From IMG/VR virus record IMGVR_UViG_3300027740_000038, positions 1-45,809 of that record: a stretch of 45,809 bases of DNA. One strand, written 5' to 3'. A program made the translations under genes and the position numbers. The notes below the pieces were generated by a model. That model was not told the origin of the DNA. It worked only from the letters and a program-made list of their open reading frames with translations, and searched no databases. This DNA is from a virus. Taxonomy: Duplodnaviria > Caudoviricetes. Shown in pieces: positions 19,228 to 28,204 of the stretch (within the stretch, counting starts at the first letter, position 1; each line of letters starts with the position of its first letter).

Positions 19228-20160
19228 ATGGGTAATTTTTGGAGTGATTTCGGTACTAATTTAGGCATGGACAGCGGACATGCTCAAAATCGTAGAAATG
19301 CTGAATATCGACAGCAATTAGAACAAGCCCGTTCAGACATTTCATCTGGTTATGATACAGCAGGAGAGCAACTTACCACGGGCATGAATACAGCTATGGA
19401 TACCGCCAGAAGCGGATTCAATCAAGCAAGGCAAGATACCTCTACCGGATACGGAACGGCGCAGAATCAACTTACAACTGGCATGAATACTGCCGTTGAT
19501 ACCGCACGAGAAGGATATAAAACCGCTCAGGGCCGATATGAAACTGAACCTATGGTAACTTCTCGTGCTGAACTCACTCAGCGCGCCCTCGGAAAAGGTG
19601 GATATGATGAAGGTACGCTCAATGCCATGAAAGCAGGGACACGAGAAGAATATGGGACTTCGGCCAGAGACCTTGAAAAGTCCCTCAAAACCTATTATGG
19701 TGATTCTTCCGCGCAAGGGCTGGCAGGGGAGAATTTAGCCCGTGGTATGACTACATTGGGCGAAAAACGCGCCGGGGACGTTCGTGATATTGATATATCC
19801 AATGCACAATTAATCGAACAGCAACAGACGGATGCAATTACGGCACTTAATACAGAAGCATACCAAAGAGCGGGACTTGATGCTGATGAAGCACAACTTG
19901 TTTCCGGGTTACAGCGTGATTTGGCAACAGGAACGGCTCAACTTACGGCACAACAGACCAACATGCTTGCTGATTTGGCTGCACGTGAAGGAACAACGTT
20001 AGCAGAACTTCAGGGTAGACTTGCGACAGGTCAAGCAGCGCTTACCTCAGAAGAAGCGCAGGCATTGGCCGAAATTGAGGCAGCAGGAGCAACAGGCACA
20101 TATACAGTCGGTTCTCAGAGGAATTTATTACAAGGAATATGGGGCGGTTCTGGTTCTTAA
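19228..20160 (+). CDS. Putative DNA ejection (internal virion) protein
   Basis: Ala/Gln/Thr-rich helical sequence with an internal 33-aa repeat (QLTTGMNTA.DTAR). Confidence 0.65.
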   Translation: MGNFWSDFGTNLGMDSGHAQNRRNAEYRQQLEQARSDISSGYDTAGEQLTTGMNTAMDTARSGFNQARQDTSTGYGTAQNQLTTGMNTAVDTAREGYKTAQGRYETEPMVTSRAELTQRALGKGGYDEGTLNAMKAGTREEYGTSARDLEKSLKTYYGDSSAQGLAGENLARGMTTLGEKRAGDVRDIDISNAQLIEQQQTDAITALNTEAYQRAGLDADEAQLVSGLQRDLATGTAQLTAQQTNMLADLAAREGTTLAELQGRLATGQAALTSEEAQALAEIEAAGATGTYTVGSQRNLLQGIWGGSGS

Positions 20161-20173
20161 ATAGGAGGTCAAA

Positions 20174-20434
20174 ATGGGATATGCCAATAATGGACAGGGT
20201 TACTCTTTCGATAATTATAATTTAGGCAACAAGACATCAAATCAATCTACGTCGGCAAGCGGTGTAGGGGAAGGTGCAGCAACCGGCGGGTGGCTTGGAG
20301 CTATACTGTCGATGATTGGGAATTACCAAAATGTAAACAGAAATATTCAAAGTGGAGTCAAATCACCTCAATTTTCGTCGTCAGGTGCAGGTGGTGGATG
20401 GCAGGATTTGGCTAAGAAATATTATGGGGGCTAA
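20174..20434 (+). CDS. Small Gly-rich putative ejection protein
   Basis: RBS AGGAGG; GAATGGWLGAILS motif. Confidence 0.6.
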   Translation: MGYANNGQGYSFDNYNLGNKTSNQSTSASGVGEGAATGGWLGAILSMIGNYQNVNRNIQSGVKSPQFSSSGAGGGWQDLAKKYYGG

Positions 20435-20436
20435 TC

Positions 20437-21573
20437 ATGGGAGTTTTAAACTTACCTCAAGTGCATCTTTCTGAAGGCGGCGCGGGCGGTGCGGGTTCTG
20501 CGGCTTCTGCACTTATGCACTTGTTGGGTATGGTTGCACAAGAAAAGATGAAAAACGCACAGGCGGAAGAAGAGCGACAACGTGCCGGGACTTCACTTGC
20601 TAATGTCCTCGGAATACCGGAAAAAACTCAACCCCCGGAAGATACAACTATTCCTGAAACAATTCGTCGGCCTGTAGATCAACTTGAACCTATCTTGAAT
20701 CCTAAGTATAAAGCGCTTCAGGAACAACCAAAAGAAGTTTCAACGGCAGTATTAAAAAATATACTGGCCCCGAATAAAGGATATTCCGGTCGTGTTGTTA
20801 TGCCCTCAAAAGACTCGGAAACCAAATGGGGACATTTTGCCGTTGAAGGGAATACAAATAGATACATCGGGCCTGCTCCAATTCCCTATGGGTCAACGGA
20901 TCAACCGGGAATGAGTCAGTACGTTGGACCGTCCGAAGACGACCCTACAAAGGGGAATATCTTTGTACCTACACGTGGCGGTGGTGAAATAAAAACAATT
21001 TCTTCCCCAGGAAGAATCAGTAAAAGAACACTCGATTCAATGCCTGCAAACTCAAAAACAAGTTTAGCCTCTGCGAGAGTAGCCTATAAGGGAATTATGG
21101 AAGCAGAACAAATTTACAACGAAGCCTTAAAAGGAGTAACCGGGCCTATAGAGGGAAGGGCGCAACTTGCCTATTCTAAAATTGCCAATTCACCCAATAT
21201 TGCACAACTTCAACAAAAACTTGGTCGTACTCTTGCTGCCATTCTCCGGGCAGAAAGCGGATTAGTAGTTACGGATACAGAGCGAAAATTTTACGAAGAC
21301 CAACTTCTTCCAATGCTTAAAAATCCACAGGCAAACTTTGAGGTTTTGCTGAGAGAAACAAAAAAATGGATTGAAGATATTCACGATTCTAACGTAGACA
21401 TATTACGCGAATCCAATACTGAATCTCCTAATAAATTGTCTGAAAGTTTTGGCAAACAGACAAAAAGAGCAACCAGCAATCAGGGCGATTCTCAGATTGC
21501 CCCGGCGGGTACTAAGGCAAGACTGAAAGATGGTCGTATGGTTACATCAGACGGAAAGGGAGGCTGGAACTAA
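20437..21573 (+). CDS. Putative DNA ejection protein
   Basis: Position; SGLVVTD.E motif; ends DGKGGW. Confidence 0.6.
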   Translation: MGVLNLPQVHLSEGGAGGAGSAASALMHLLGMVAQEKMKNAQAEEERQRAGTSLANVLGIPEKTQPPEDTTIPETIRRPVDQLEPILNPKYKALQEQPKEVSTAVLKNILAPNKGYSGRVVMPSKDSETKWGHFAVEGNTNRYIGPAPIPYGSTDQPGMSQYVGPSEDDPTKGNIFVPTRGGGEIKTISSPGRISKRTLDSMPANSKTSLASARVAYKGIMEAEQIYNEALKGVTGPIEGRAQLAYSKIANSPNIAQLQQKLGRTLAAILRAESGLVVTDTERKFYEDQLLPMLKNPQANFEVLLRETKKWIEDIHDSNVDILRESNTESPNKLSESFGKQTKRATSNQGDSQIAPAGTKARLKDGRMVTSDGKGGWN

Positions 21574-23444
21574 TGCCTTATGTTGGTTTACCAGAAGATG
21601 CTGTGGTTTATTCAGGATTGCCTGAAGGAGCGACGATTATTGAGACTCCCCCGGCATCTACGCAACCATCAGGCCCTCCGGGGTTTATCAGTCGTGCGAA
21701 TCAAGCACTTGTTAAGCGTGGAGTCAACATATCGGAAGAACTTAATCAACCTTCACAGGGACTTGAAGGAGATATTAGAACCGCTCCCGAAAAAGCTCTT
21801 CGAGTAGCAGGACAATCAGCCGGACTTATTGGAGACGTAACCGGAGAAGCCCTCAAGGGAGCATATAACACGATTATGCCGGAAGCAGGCAAGAAAGGCG
21901 TTCGCAAAGGTCTTGAATGGCTGTTTAAAACTGAACCAGGTGCAGCAGCGGCAAGACTTGTAAAAACAGGAGGCGAGGCATATGGAAAGTTTGAACAGGA
22001 ATATCCAAATGCCGGAAAAGATATAAATGCTTTGGCAAATATCTTATCTGTTATACCTATTCAAAGAGCGGGAAAAGAGGGAATTGATATAGGCAAGGAT
22101 GTTGCTACTCTTGCCACAAAAAAGACTGCGCCACAAATAGAATCTCAAATCGGGAATGTTGTTACAAGAGGAATAGAAAAAGGCATTCGTCCGGGGGTGG
22201 AAGGCAAATCCACGTTTCAAACAATGACTGGTTACGGCGATAAGGCTGAGAATGCCGTGAGAAATATCATATCGAATGCAGACAATCTTAATTTAACAAA
22301 TGAATATGGAGAAGTTGTAAAAGGATTGCCTAAAAATCTTAAACAGTTTTCTCAGGCAATCGACCAGACCAAAAGCCAAATATTTGAAAAATATGATACG
22401 TTAGCAAAACAAGCAGGACAGCAAAATACAACGGTTGATTTATTTCCCATTGCAAAAGAACTTGATGGTATTGTAGGTAATAAGGTTATTCAAGACCTTG
22501 CACCAAATACGGCTTCTTATGCGGCGGAACGCGCTCAAGCTCTTGCTCAAAGAAGGATGTATTCACCAAAAGAAGCACAGAATGCAATTGCAACGCTCAA
22601 TAATACTCTTGAGGCTTTTTATAAAAATCCATCTTATGAAACAGCAACAAAAGCATATGTTGATTCTGTAATTGTGAATAATCTCAGAAAATCCCTTGAT
22701 GATGTGATTGAAAAATCCGTTGGGTCTGGATACCAAGAATTAAAACATTCCTATGGTGCATTGAAGGCAATTGAAAAAGATGTAAATAGAAGGGCTATTG
22801 TTGATGCAAGAAAAAATACAAAGGGCATTCTGGATTTTGCGGATGTATTTTCAGGGAGTACTGCGGCGCATGGCATATTATCTTTAAATCCAGAACTAAT
22901 CGGAACGGCTGCCATGGCAAAATGGATAAGCAATCTTTATAAACGATTTAATGACCCTAATAGAATAGTGCAGAAAATGTTTGAAAAAACGTCTAAATTG
23001 GAAGATACGCTGACAAGTTCAAAAGAAGCATTTATTCCTGAAAGTGCATCAGGCAAGGCATTACAATCCTTGTTGTTTAAAGGTAAAAATGTACCTGCTG
23101 TAATTTCTCCGAATTTTCAAATGAAAGGACGGCCCTATTCAAAGGGAGAACCTAACTTTACTGTAAGTGACGCAAGGAATATACAGCCGAGAGAATTGCC
23201 GGGGATTCCTAACCGTCCGCAAATAGGGTATGAACCTAACTTTATTCCCGTAGAACAACCTCAATTGCCGTCGCCGCAAAAAGGATTGCCCGCACCATCA
23301 TGGGAGGTACGTCCTGGGGGTCAGACTATTACGAATGAAGATATACAAAACATCCTACGAAGTAAAACAATCGGTAATTTAACACCTGTAAATAGAATAC
23401 AACCGTCGGAAATCGATGCGTTGAAGCAGCTTCTCGGTATGTAG
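21573..23444 (+). CDS. Large putative DNA ejection protein
   Basis: 623 aa helical protein, last of the internal-virion cluster. Confidence 0.6.
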   Translation: MPYVGLPEDAVVYSGLPEGATIIETPPASTQPSGPPGFISRANQALVKRGVNISEELNQPSQGLEGDIRTAPEKALRVAGQSAGLIGDVTGEALKGAYNTIMPEAGKKGVRKGLEWLFKTEPGAAAARLVKTGGEAYGKFEQEYPNAGKDINALANILSVIPIQRAGKEGIDIGKDVATLATKKTAPQIESQIGNVVTRGIEKGIRPGVEGKSTFQTMTGYGDKAENAVRNIISNADNLNLTNEYGEVVKGLPKNLKQFSQAIDQTKSQIFEKYDTLAKQAGQQNTTVDLFPIAKELDGIVGNKVIQDLAPNTASYAAERAQALAQRRMYSPKEAQNAIATLNNTLEAFYKNPSYETATKAYVDSVIVNNLRKSLDDVIEKSVGSGYQELKHSYGALKAIEKDVNRRAIVDARKNTKGILDFADVFSGSTAAHGILSLNPELIGTAAMAKWISNLYKRFNDPNRIVQKMFEKTSKLEDTLTSSKEAFIPESASGKALQSLLFKGKNVPAVISPNFQMKGRPYSKGEPNFTVSDARNIQPRELPGIPNRPQIGYEPNFIPVEQPQLPSPQKGLPAPSWEVRPGGQTITNEDIQNILRSKTIGNLTPVNRIQPSEIDALKQLLGM

Positions 23445-23453
23445 AGGACAATT

Positions 23454-23705
23454 ATGGCCGAAGTTACATTAGAACTTTGTGTTCAGAAACATGATGATAT
23501 GCAAAGACACATCATTACTCTTGAAGATTACGTGAAGGAAACCAGAGGAGACATGAAACAAATGGAGTCATCATATAATCTGAATTTACAGAGAATACAT
23601 GAAAAAATTGAATCCTGGGGTCAACGTCCTCCTATATGGGCTACAATTATTATTTCTATTCTGAGCGCAATTTGCACTGGTCTTGCGGTGGCCTTATCAA
23701 AATGA
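23454..23705 (+). CDS. Coiled-coil plus single C-terminal TM protein (holin/XhlA-like)
   Basis: WATIIISILSAICTGLAVAL helix; first gene of the lysis module. Confidence 0.6.
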   Translation: MAEVTLELCVQKHDDMQRHIITLEDYVKETRGDMKQMESSYNLNLQRIHEKIESWGQRPPIWATIIISILSAICTGLAVALSK

Positions 23706-23799
23706 TACATCTTGCTGAAGGATATTATCGATTCTGTCCTAATTGTAACGTGCTTGTCAAAATAGACGCGATATGCGAAACTTGCGGATGGGAGGCAAC

Positions 23800-24219
23800 A
23801 TGCAACTTTCAGAAAACTTCAGTATAGAGGAATTGACCGTAACTGATACAGACCTGTATAATACTCCTGGTCAGGCAGAACTTGAAAAACTTCTATTTCT
23901 CGCAACGTATATTCTTCAGCCTATTCGGAATAAATTCGGGGCAATAAAAATAACCTCCGGTTTTAGATCTAAACAGGTGAATGAGAAAATAGGAGGTTCG
24001 GCTACTTCACAGCATCCAGCAGGCGAGGCGGCGGATTTTATTCCTGTTAATGCAACATATAAAGAAGTATTTGAGTGGGCAAAAGATAATCTTAAATATG
24101 GGCAGATTATCCTTGAGCAGAAGGGGGAAACACGATGGATTCATATTAGTATTCCCCGGTTGGCAAAACAAAACATGCAGGCAATGGTATTCAAAGATGG
24201 AATTTATACCAATGTGTAA
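23800..24219 (+). CDS. Endolysin, peptidase M15 family
   Basis: SGFRS..VN..IGG..TSQH..GEAAD and WIHIS zinc-binding motifs; RBS GGAGG before ATG 23800. Confidence 0.9.
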   Translation: MQLSENFSIEELTVTDTDLYNTPGQAELEKLLFLATYILQPIRNKFGAIKITSGFRSKQVNEKIGGSATSQHPAGEAADFIPVNATYKEVFEWAKDNLKYGQIILEQKGETRWIHISIPRLAKQNMQAMVFKDGIYTNV

Positions 24220-24228
24220 GGAGAATTT

Positions 24229-24747
24229 ATGTCATTCAATTGGAAAGACCTAATCGGAGCAGTGGCCCCGACGATAGCAACGGCCCTCGGTGGCCCTTTG
24301 GCTGGTGCCGCTACCTCGGCTATCTCTCAAGCAGTCTTTGGCAAGCCTGATGCGTCTGAAGACGAACTAAACAAGGCCCTTTCAAAAGCCACTCCTGAAA
24401 TGATAGCTGCGATTAAAAAAGGAGAACAAGATTTTCAGGTTAAGATGAAGGAACTTGATATTAATATTGTAGATTTAAGATATAAAGATATTGCCAGCGC
24501 ACGAAACAGAGAAATTCAGACGAAAGATAAAGTTCCTCAGATTTTGGCTGCCTTTGCTGTTGTATGTTTCGTTGGAATTATCGCCTGCATTTTATTCGGT
24601 TATCAACCCAAAGACGCAATGCGAGATGGTTTCTGGATGCTCGTAGGCGCGGCCATTGCGGTATATAAAGATGTCTACGGATATTATTTTGGTTCAAGTT
24701 CCGGTAGTGATAAGAAGAATGATACTATCAATAATATGTTAAAATAA
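24229..24747 (+). CDS. Putative holin
   Basis: APTIATALGGPLAG N-terminus, ASARNRE, two TM helices, YYFGSS.GS. Confidence 0.75.
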   Translation: MSFNWKDLIGAVAPTIATALGGPLAGAATSAISQAVFGKPDASEDELNKALSKATPEMIAAIKKGEQDFQVKMKELDINIVDLRYKDIASARNREIQTKDKVPQILAAFAVVCFVGIIACILFGYQPKDAMRDGFWMLVGAAIAVYKDVYGYYFGSSSGSDKKNDTINNMLK

Positions 24748-24835
24748 TCTGCGTTTGCGTTATTCGGATGCGCAACCCCCGTTACTACATTTGAGAGTAC
24801 GGTTTACCCGCAAATTCCATTTGGCATCACCTCCT

Positions 24836-24998
24836 CAACACCACATTACTATACTGCACCTCACTTTTGCTGTACAGGACGATACGTTACCTTCACCAAA
24901 CTGACCTGACTGCACCTTACAGTTGCTGTACAAGACGATACATTGCCATTGCCCCACCCTGCTTTACATTACCCTTACCTTACAGTACTCTACCTTTA
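24836..24998 (-). ncRNA. Pentamer-periodic (NGY-NN)n array; putative guide-like RNA of the adjacent RAMP gene
   Basis: Minus strand reads GGT AG AGT AC TGT AA GGT AAG GGT AA TGT AA AGC AG GGT GG GGC AAT GGC AA TGT AT CGT CT TGT AC AGC AAC TGT AA GGT GC AGT CA GGT C AGT TT GGT GAA GGT AA CGT AT CGT CC TGT AC AGC AAA AGT GA GGT GC AGT AT AGT AA TGT GG TGT TG; stop codons early in all three minus frames. Confidence 0.8.
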
Positions 24999-25574
24999 CT
25001 AAACAGTACTGAACTTGAAACGACCAAATGAACCATTACGGAATTGCCCTAAACCTTGTAACTCACCATATTGCAGCAATTCATTAATAACATTATCTGT
25101 AATTTCTTTATGCTCCAAAATCTTGATTATAAAATCCAGTTCAAGTCCTGCCTCGATATAGTCGCTACGCACCAATGATACACGTGGCCCCTGCATAGTC
25201 ATTGCTTGTAACGGTCGCTCAAAAACTCCATCGGGTTTCTGTTTACCGAAATATATTTTTCTCGGCATGACAAAAACATAGTTTTGAATCTTTGCACGCG
25301 CATTTTTAATTTTGAGTGAATCCTTTAAAACATTCGCGGCATTTTTCAAAAATCCCTTAACAAGATAGTCATAAACAAACAATCCGTTTTCATCTTTATG
25401 AAATCCCGTCCATCCGCGTTCCTCAATTTCCTGTACAGTGGCAATTTCTTCTGTATTGTTTTGTTCCGTGGTTTTATTGCCGATATATGTTGCGTAAACC
25501 GTCTTGTCTTTTGGAACTGTCCCAAGCAACCGTTCTGTTAATTTGATTTTAACTGCAATGTCATGGGTGTTCAT
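24999..25574 (-). CDS. Stand-alone Cas7/RAMP-like protein (191 aa)
   Basis: N-terminal beta strand VKIKLTERLLG, VKGFLKNAA helix (RAMP 'lKG.lr' motif), C-terminal Gly-rich loop GLGQFRNGSFGRF; RBS AAGGAG. Confidence 0.78.
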   Translation of the reverse strand: MNTHDIAVKIKLTERLLGTVPKDKTVYATYIGNKTTEQNNTEEIATVQEIEERGWTGFHKDENGLFVYDYLVKGFLKNAANVLKDSLKIKNARAKIQNYVFVMPRKIYFGKQKPDGVFERPLQAMTMQGPRVSLVRSDYIEAGLELDFIIKILEHKEITDNVINELLQYGELQGLGQFRNGSFGRFKFSTV

Positions 25575-25614
25575 TTTATCTCCTTATTTCGCCTCCGTCT
25601 GCATATTACCTCCT

Positions 25615-25656
25615 CAACAAGGGATTTGAGGGGACACGCCCCTCAATCCCGTGTTG
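25615..25656 (+). repeat. attC-like site
   Basis: CAAC-AAGGG-ATTTGAGG-GGACACGCC-CCTCAAT-CCCGT-GTTG (core, 5 nt, 8-nt box, loop, 7-nt box, 5 nt, core). Confidence 0.75.
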
Positions 25657-25731
25657 GACGGTGTAAGTTGAGATTTGCATGTTGGACACATATGCCAAGT
25701 GCTTCCGTGCTCACAGTACATTGGGCATCAC

Positions 25732-26022
25732 CTACCTTTCTTCTCTTATTATCTCCCTTGAAATAGTTCGGCAGGGCGCACCCCTCATTTTGGCGTTATT
25801 TTTATGGGGAAACGGTGGCATTCCAGGAGCGCCACATTTGCAGTCAAAAGAAAGTCCTTGTTCAAATGGCATAGTTGGATGGGACTCACAAACCCATAAT
25901 CCTTCAGTGTCCCATTTTTTCTTTCCCGTTGCATATTCCGCGAGAAGAAACAACCAGTTCATCATCTCACTGGCATTTTCGTCATACGGATTGCAAAATG
26001 GACAATTCTCAGATTTTTTCAT
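25732..26022 (-). CDS. Cys-rich hypothetical protein
   Basis: CPFC and CKCG motifs; RBS AAGGAG. Confidence 0.6.
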   Translation of the reverse strand: MKKSENCPFCNPYDENASEMMNWLFLLAEYATGKKKWDTEGLWVCESHPTMPFEQGLSFDCKCGAPGMPPFPHKNNAKMRGAPCRTISREIIREER

Positions 26023-26267
26023 GCTCTCCTTGAACTACAAGAATATTGCCTGTTGGTACGCTGATGTTTCGGCCACCCATCAATCGGAAAATCATTATGC
26101 CGGTTTTCTGTATGCTTCTGGTACTGCACTCGAATTTTCTACCTCAAAATGCCATTCCCGATAAAAGCGAACGCCGGGGATGTTTGGCGGAGTCTCTACT
26201 ATTGGCAATTTATTGAGTACATTGCAAACCGACTGTAACATATCCCTATCCACAATCATTCGTAAAA

Positions 26268-26936
26268 TCATGAAATCTTCCTCTCCACTTTTACGCCTGG
26301 GATTTCTTTTAGGTTACGCGCCATGCCGTTGAGAAATACCATGTTCGCCGTAACAGCTTGGATAGAGACTTTCCCATCGGCTATAGCCTTCACAAGTGCC
26401 ATAAGGTCTGTTACCGTTGCGCTGTACGTGGTTCTTCCCGCTGATAATCTCGACGGCGCAGGCGTTGTTTTAGGGATTATCACAGTAACAGGTTGAATGG
26501 GTTGTTCAAGTATAGCCTCGGCAGCTTCCGTATTTCCTTCCTGTTCAGCGGCAATGGCGGCCTCAAGCTGTTCCTGCTCGGCACGTTGCCGTTCTTCTTC
26601 CTGGGCCTTGCGTTCAACTTCTTTTCTGATGCGTTCTTGTTCTATATCCCAGGATACGCACTTTTGCTTTGTCGTTGCACGTGCAGTCTGAGCGGGTATA
26701 ATGGCATCATCGAGACGTTTTTTATCGTATTGCCAGCGCGCATATGATAACGCTCGTGAAGGATCAAGATAGTTAAATATCTCATCTTCAAGTATTTTTG
26801 CTGATTGTATTAATTCCTCTGCGTAGACACGGTCATCATTGGTGATAATTACGAGTGCGATTGCCTGACCGAGAAGTGTTACGGCTTTCTCCTCGGCAGC
26901 AATTTTTGGTGTGGTTACGATTGCGGTTTCAGTCAT
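26268..26936 (-). CDS. Coiled-coil phage protein in the recombination module
   Basis: Long Glu/Ala/Arg-rich helix, ends IPGVKV; coupled to the nuclease gene. Confidence 0.7.
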   Translation of the reverse strand: MTETAIVTTPKIAAEEKAVTLLGQAIALVIITNDDRVYAEELIQSAKILEDEIFNYLDPSRALSYARWQYDKKRLDDAIIPAQTARATTKQKCVSWDIEQERIRKEVERKAQEEERQRAEQEQLEAAIAAEQEGNTEAAEAILEQPIQPVTVIIPKTTPAPSRLSAGRTTYSATVTDLMALVKAIADGKVSIQAVTANMVFLNGMARNLKEIPGVKVERKIS

Positions 26937-27523
26937 GATTTATTCTCCTTTATTAATCCATTATTTTTTTTCCAATTGTAACAAGCGAGTGCGGACAAAA
27001 ATACTTTCTTCCCCTCTAATAACTGTGATATGGTATAGGGTTCACATTTCGGCATTTTACCGTCCGGCCTTAGATATACATTCATCGGCAAAATAGATGG
27101 GGTTAGAAATAACTCATTGTTCTCTTGTGCCAACATATAATATGCTGCTATTTGTAAAATGTGCCATGTTTTTTTACCACCCGTTTTCCAATCTCTTAAG
27201 GGCCATACATCGGGAGTACCAGCATATTTATAAGCAAAACTAAATAGTGATAATTCGACATGCTCCGGTTTATATCTGGTTACGGTGATATACTCAATTG
27301 CACTATCAACGTATGGTCTAACCCCTTCTAAGAGTGCATCAATGTCAAGTGTTCCCTTGAAATACTGTCTTATTGCCTCATGGACATATTGACCACGTAG
27401 AAGATAGTATTCATCTCCTGATTGCCAGCCCAAAAATCCTTCCGCTTTTAATATTTGTGTAACCGATGGTATCTCTATGCCATCGTTACGGTAAATATGT
27501 TTGTCATCGAGAGTAAGTGTCAT
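26933..27523 (-). CDS. PD-(D/E)XK exonuclease-like protein
   Basis: IPSVTQIL, RG.YVH, YAGTPD, DWKTG and LQIAAY motifs; likely start ATG 27523. Confidence 0.8.
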   Translation of the reverse strand: MTLTLDDKHIYRNDGIEIPSVTQILKAEGFLGWQSGDEYYLLRGQYVHEAIRQYFKGTLDIDALLEGVRPYVDSAIEYITVTRYKPEHVELSLFSFAYKYAGTPDVWPLRDWKTGGKKTWHILQIAAYYMLAQENNELFLTPSILPMNVYLRPDGKMPKCEPYTISQLLEGKKVFLSALACYNWKKNNGLIKENKS

Positions 27524-27573
27524 AATCATCCCATCGAGCGGACGCATAAACCGCGCCGCTCATTTAGTTGTTA
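27523..27573 (+). repeat. attC-like site
   Basis: TAAT-CATCC-CATCGAGC...GCTCATT-TAGTT-GTTA; spans exactly from the upstream stop to the downstream ATG. Confidence 0.7.
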
Positions 27574-27810
27574 TCGGTATTGAATACAAACGGAGTCTCC
27601 CGGCTTTAATGTAGCCTGATTTACCGTTATAATTTTACCATTCGATAATTGAATAACGGCATCTCTATATTGCAGCTCAAGTATTTTTTCAACGGTAGCC
27701 GTTTCTACACACTTAGGCGTCTCAAAAGCCTTGCATCCGACGGAAGAAAACAAAACGCAACCGATAACAAAGGCGTCGAGCAAATGCCTATATCCTTTTT
27801 TCTGTTTCAT
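27571..27810 (-). CDS. Putative lipoprotein (cassette gene)
   Basis: Basic N-terminus, hydrophobic stretch, SVGC lipobox-like; RBS GGAGG. Confidence 0.6.
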   Translation of the reverse strand: MKQKKGYRHLLDAFVIGCVLFSSVGCKAFETPKCVETATVEKILELQYRDAVIQLSNGKIITVNQATLKPGDSVCIQYR

Positions 27811-27849
27811 TCGTTTCCTCCATTTCCGGCGTTGCTCACGCCGTCGTTA
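27765..27849 (+). repeat. attC-like site with a long loop containing an RBS and start codon
   Basis: TAAC-AAAGG-CGTCGAGC...GCTCACG-CCGTC-GTTA. Confidence 0.7.
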
Positions 27850-28038
27850 TAAATTTCCGGCTTTACTGAGTTACCAGTAGTTTGACCTGGCAGAAACAGA
27901 CGATGAACCGGACACGAGTTTAGTTAGCGACTTTCTTTCGCCCGACACGAGGGTTTTATGTGCCATCATTTCGCACGGATTTCATATGTCGGTTTTCTCC
28001 GTAGCCATCACCTACGGTTCGCCCTTTCGGGGAATTTA

Positions 28039-28081
28039 TAACCAAACGTCCGAGCGGTCAAGGCCGCTCAACTAAGCGTTA
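28039..28081 (+). repeat. attC-like site
   Basis: TAAC-CAAAC-GTCCGAGC-GGTCAAGGCC-GCTCAAC-TAAGC-GTTA. Confidence 0.8.
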
Positions 28082-28204
28082 AATTTTCTTCTGAATATGA
28101 CAGATTACACATTTTTTTTCCCCAAATGGCACAGGATAATTAATAGACCATTTGTGTCGTTTACATTTAACCTGTCGTTCGACTCTGACTCGCTTCACTC
28201 GCAT
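28079..28204 (-). CDS. 41-aa Cys/His mini-protein (cassette gene)
   Basis: Own translation MRVKRVRVERQVKCKRHKWSINYPVPFGEKKCVICHIQKKI; RBS AAGGAG and ATG lie inside the next attC-like site; the stop is the TAA of a TAAC core. Confidence 0.6.
   Translation of the reverse strand: MRVKRVRVERQVKCKRHKWSINYPVPFGEKKCVICHIQKKI

Noticed and set aside
24836-24998. CRISPR mini-array next to the Cas7-like gene
   Set aside because: No identical 25-40 bp repeats separated by unique spacers; the two 39-nt similar segments are part of a continuous pentamer lattice
26933-27523. Cas4 as part of a CRISPR locus
   Set aside because: Lacks the four-Cys Fe-S cluster; it is a typical phage PD-(D/E)XK nuclease in a recombination module
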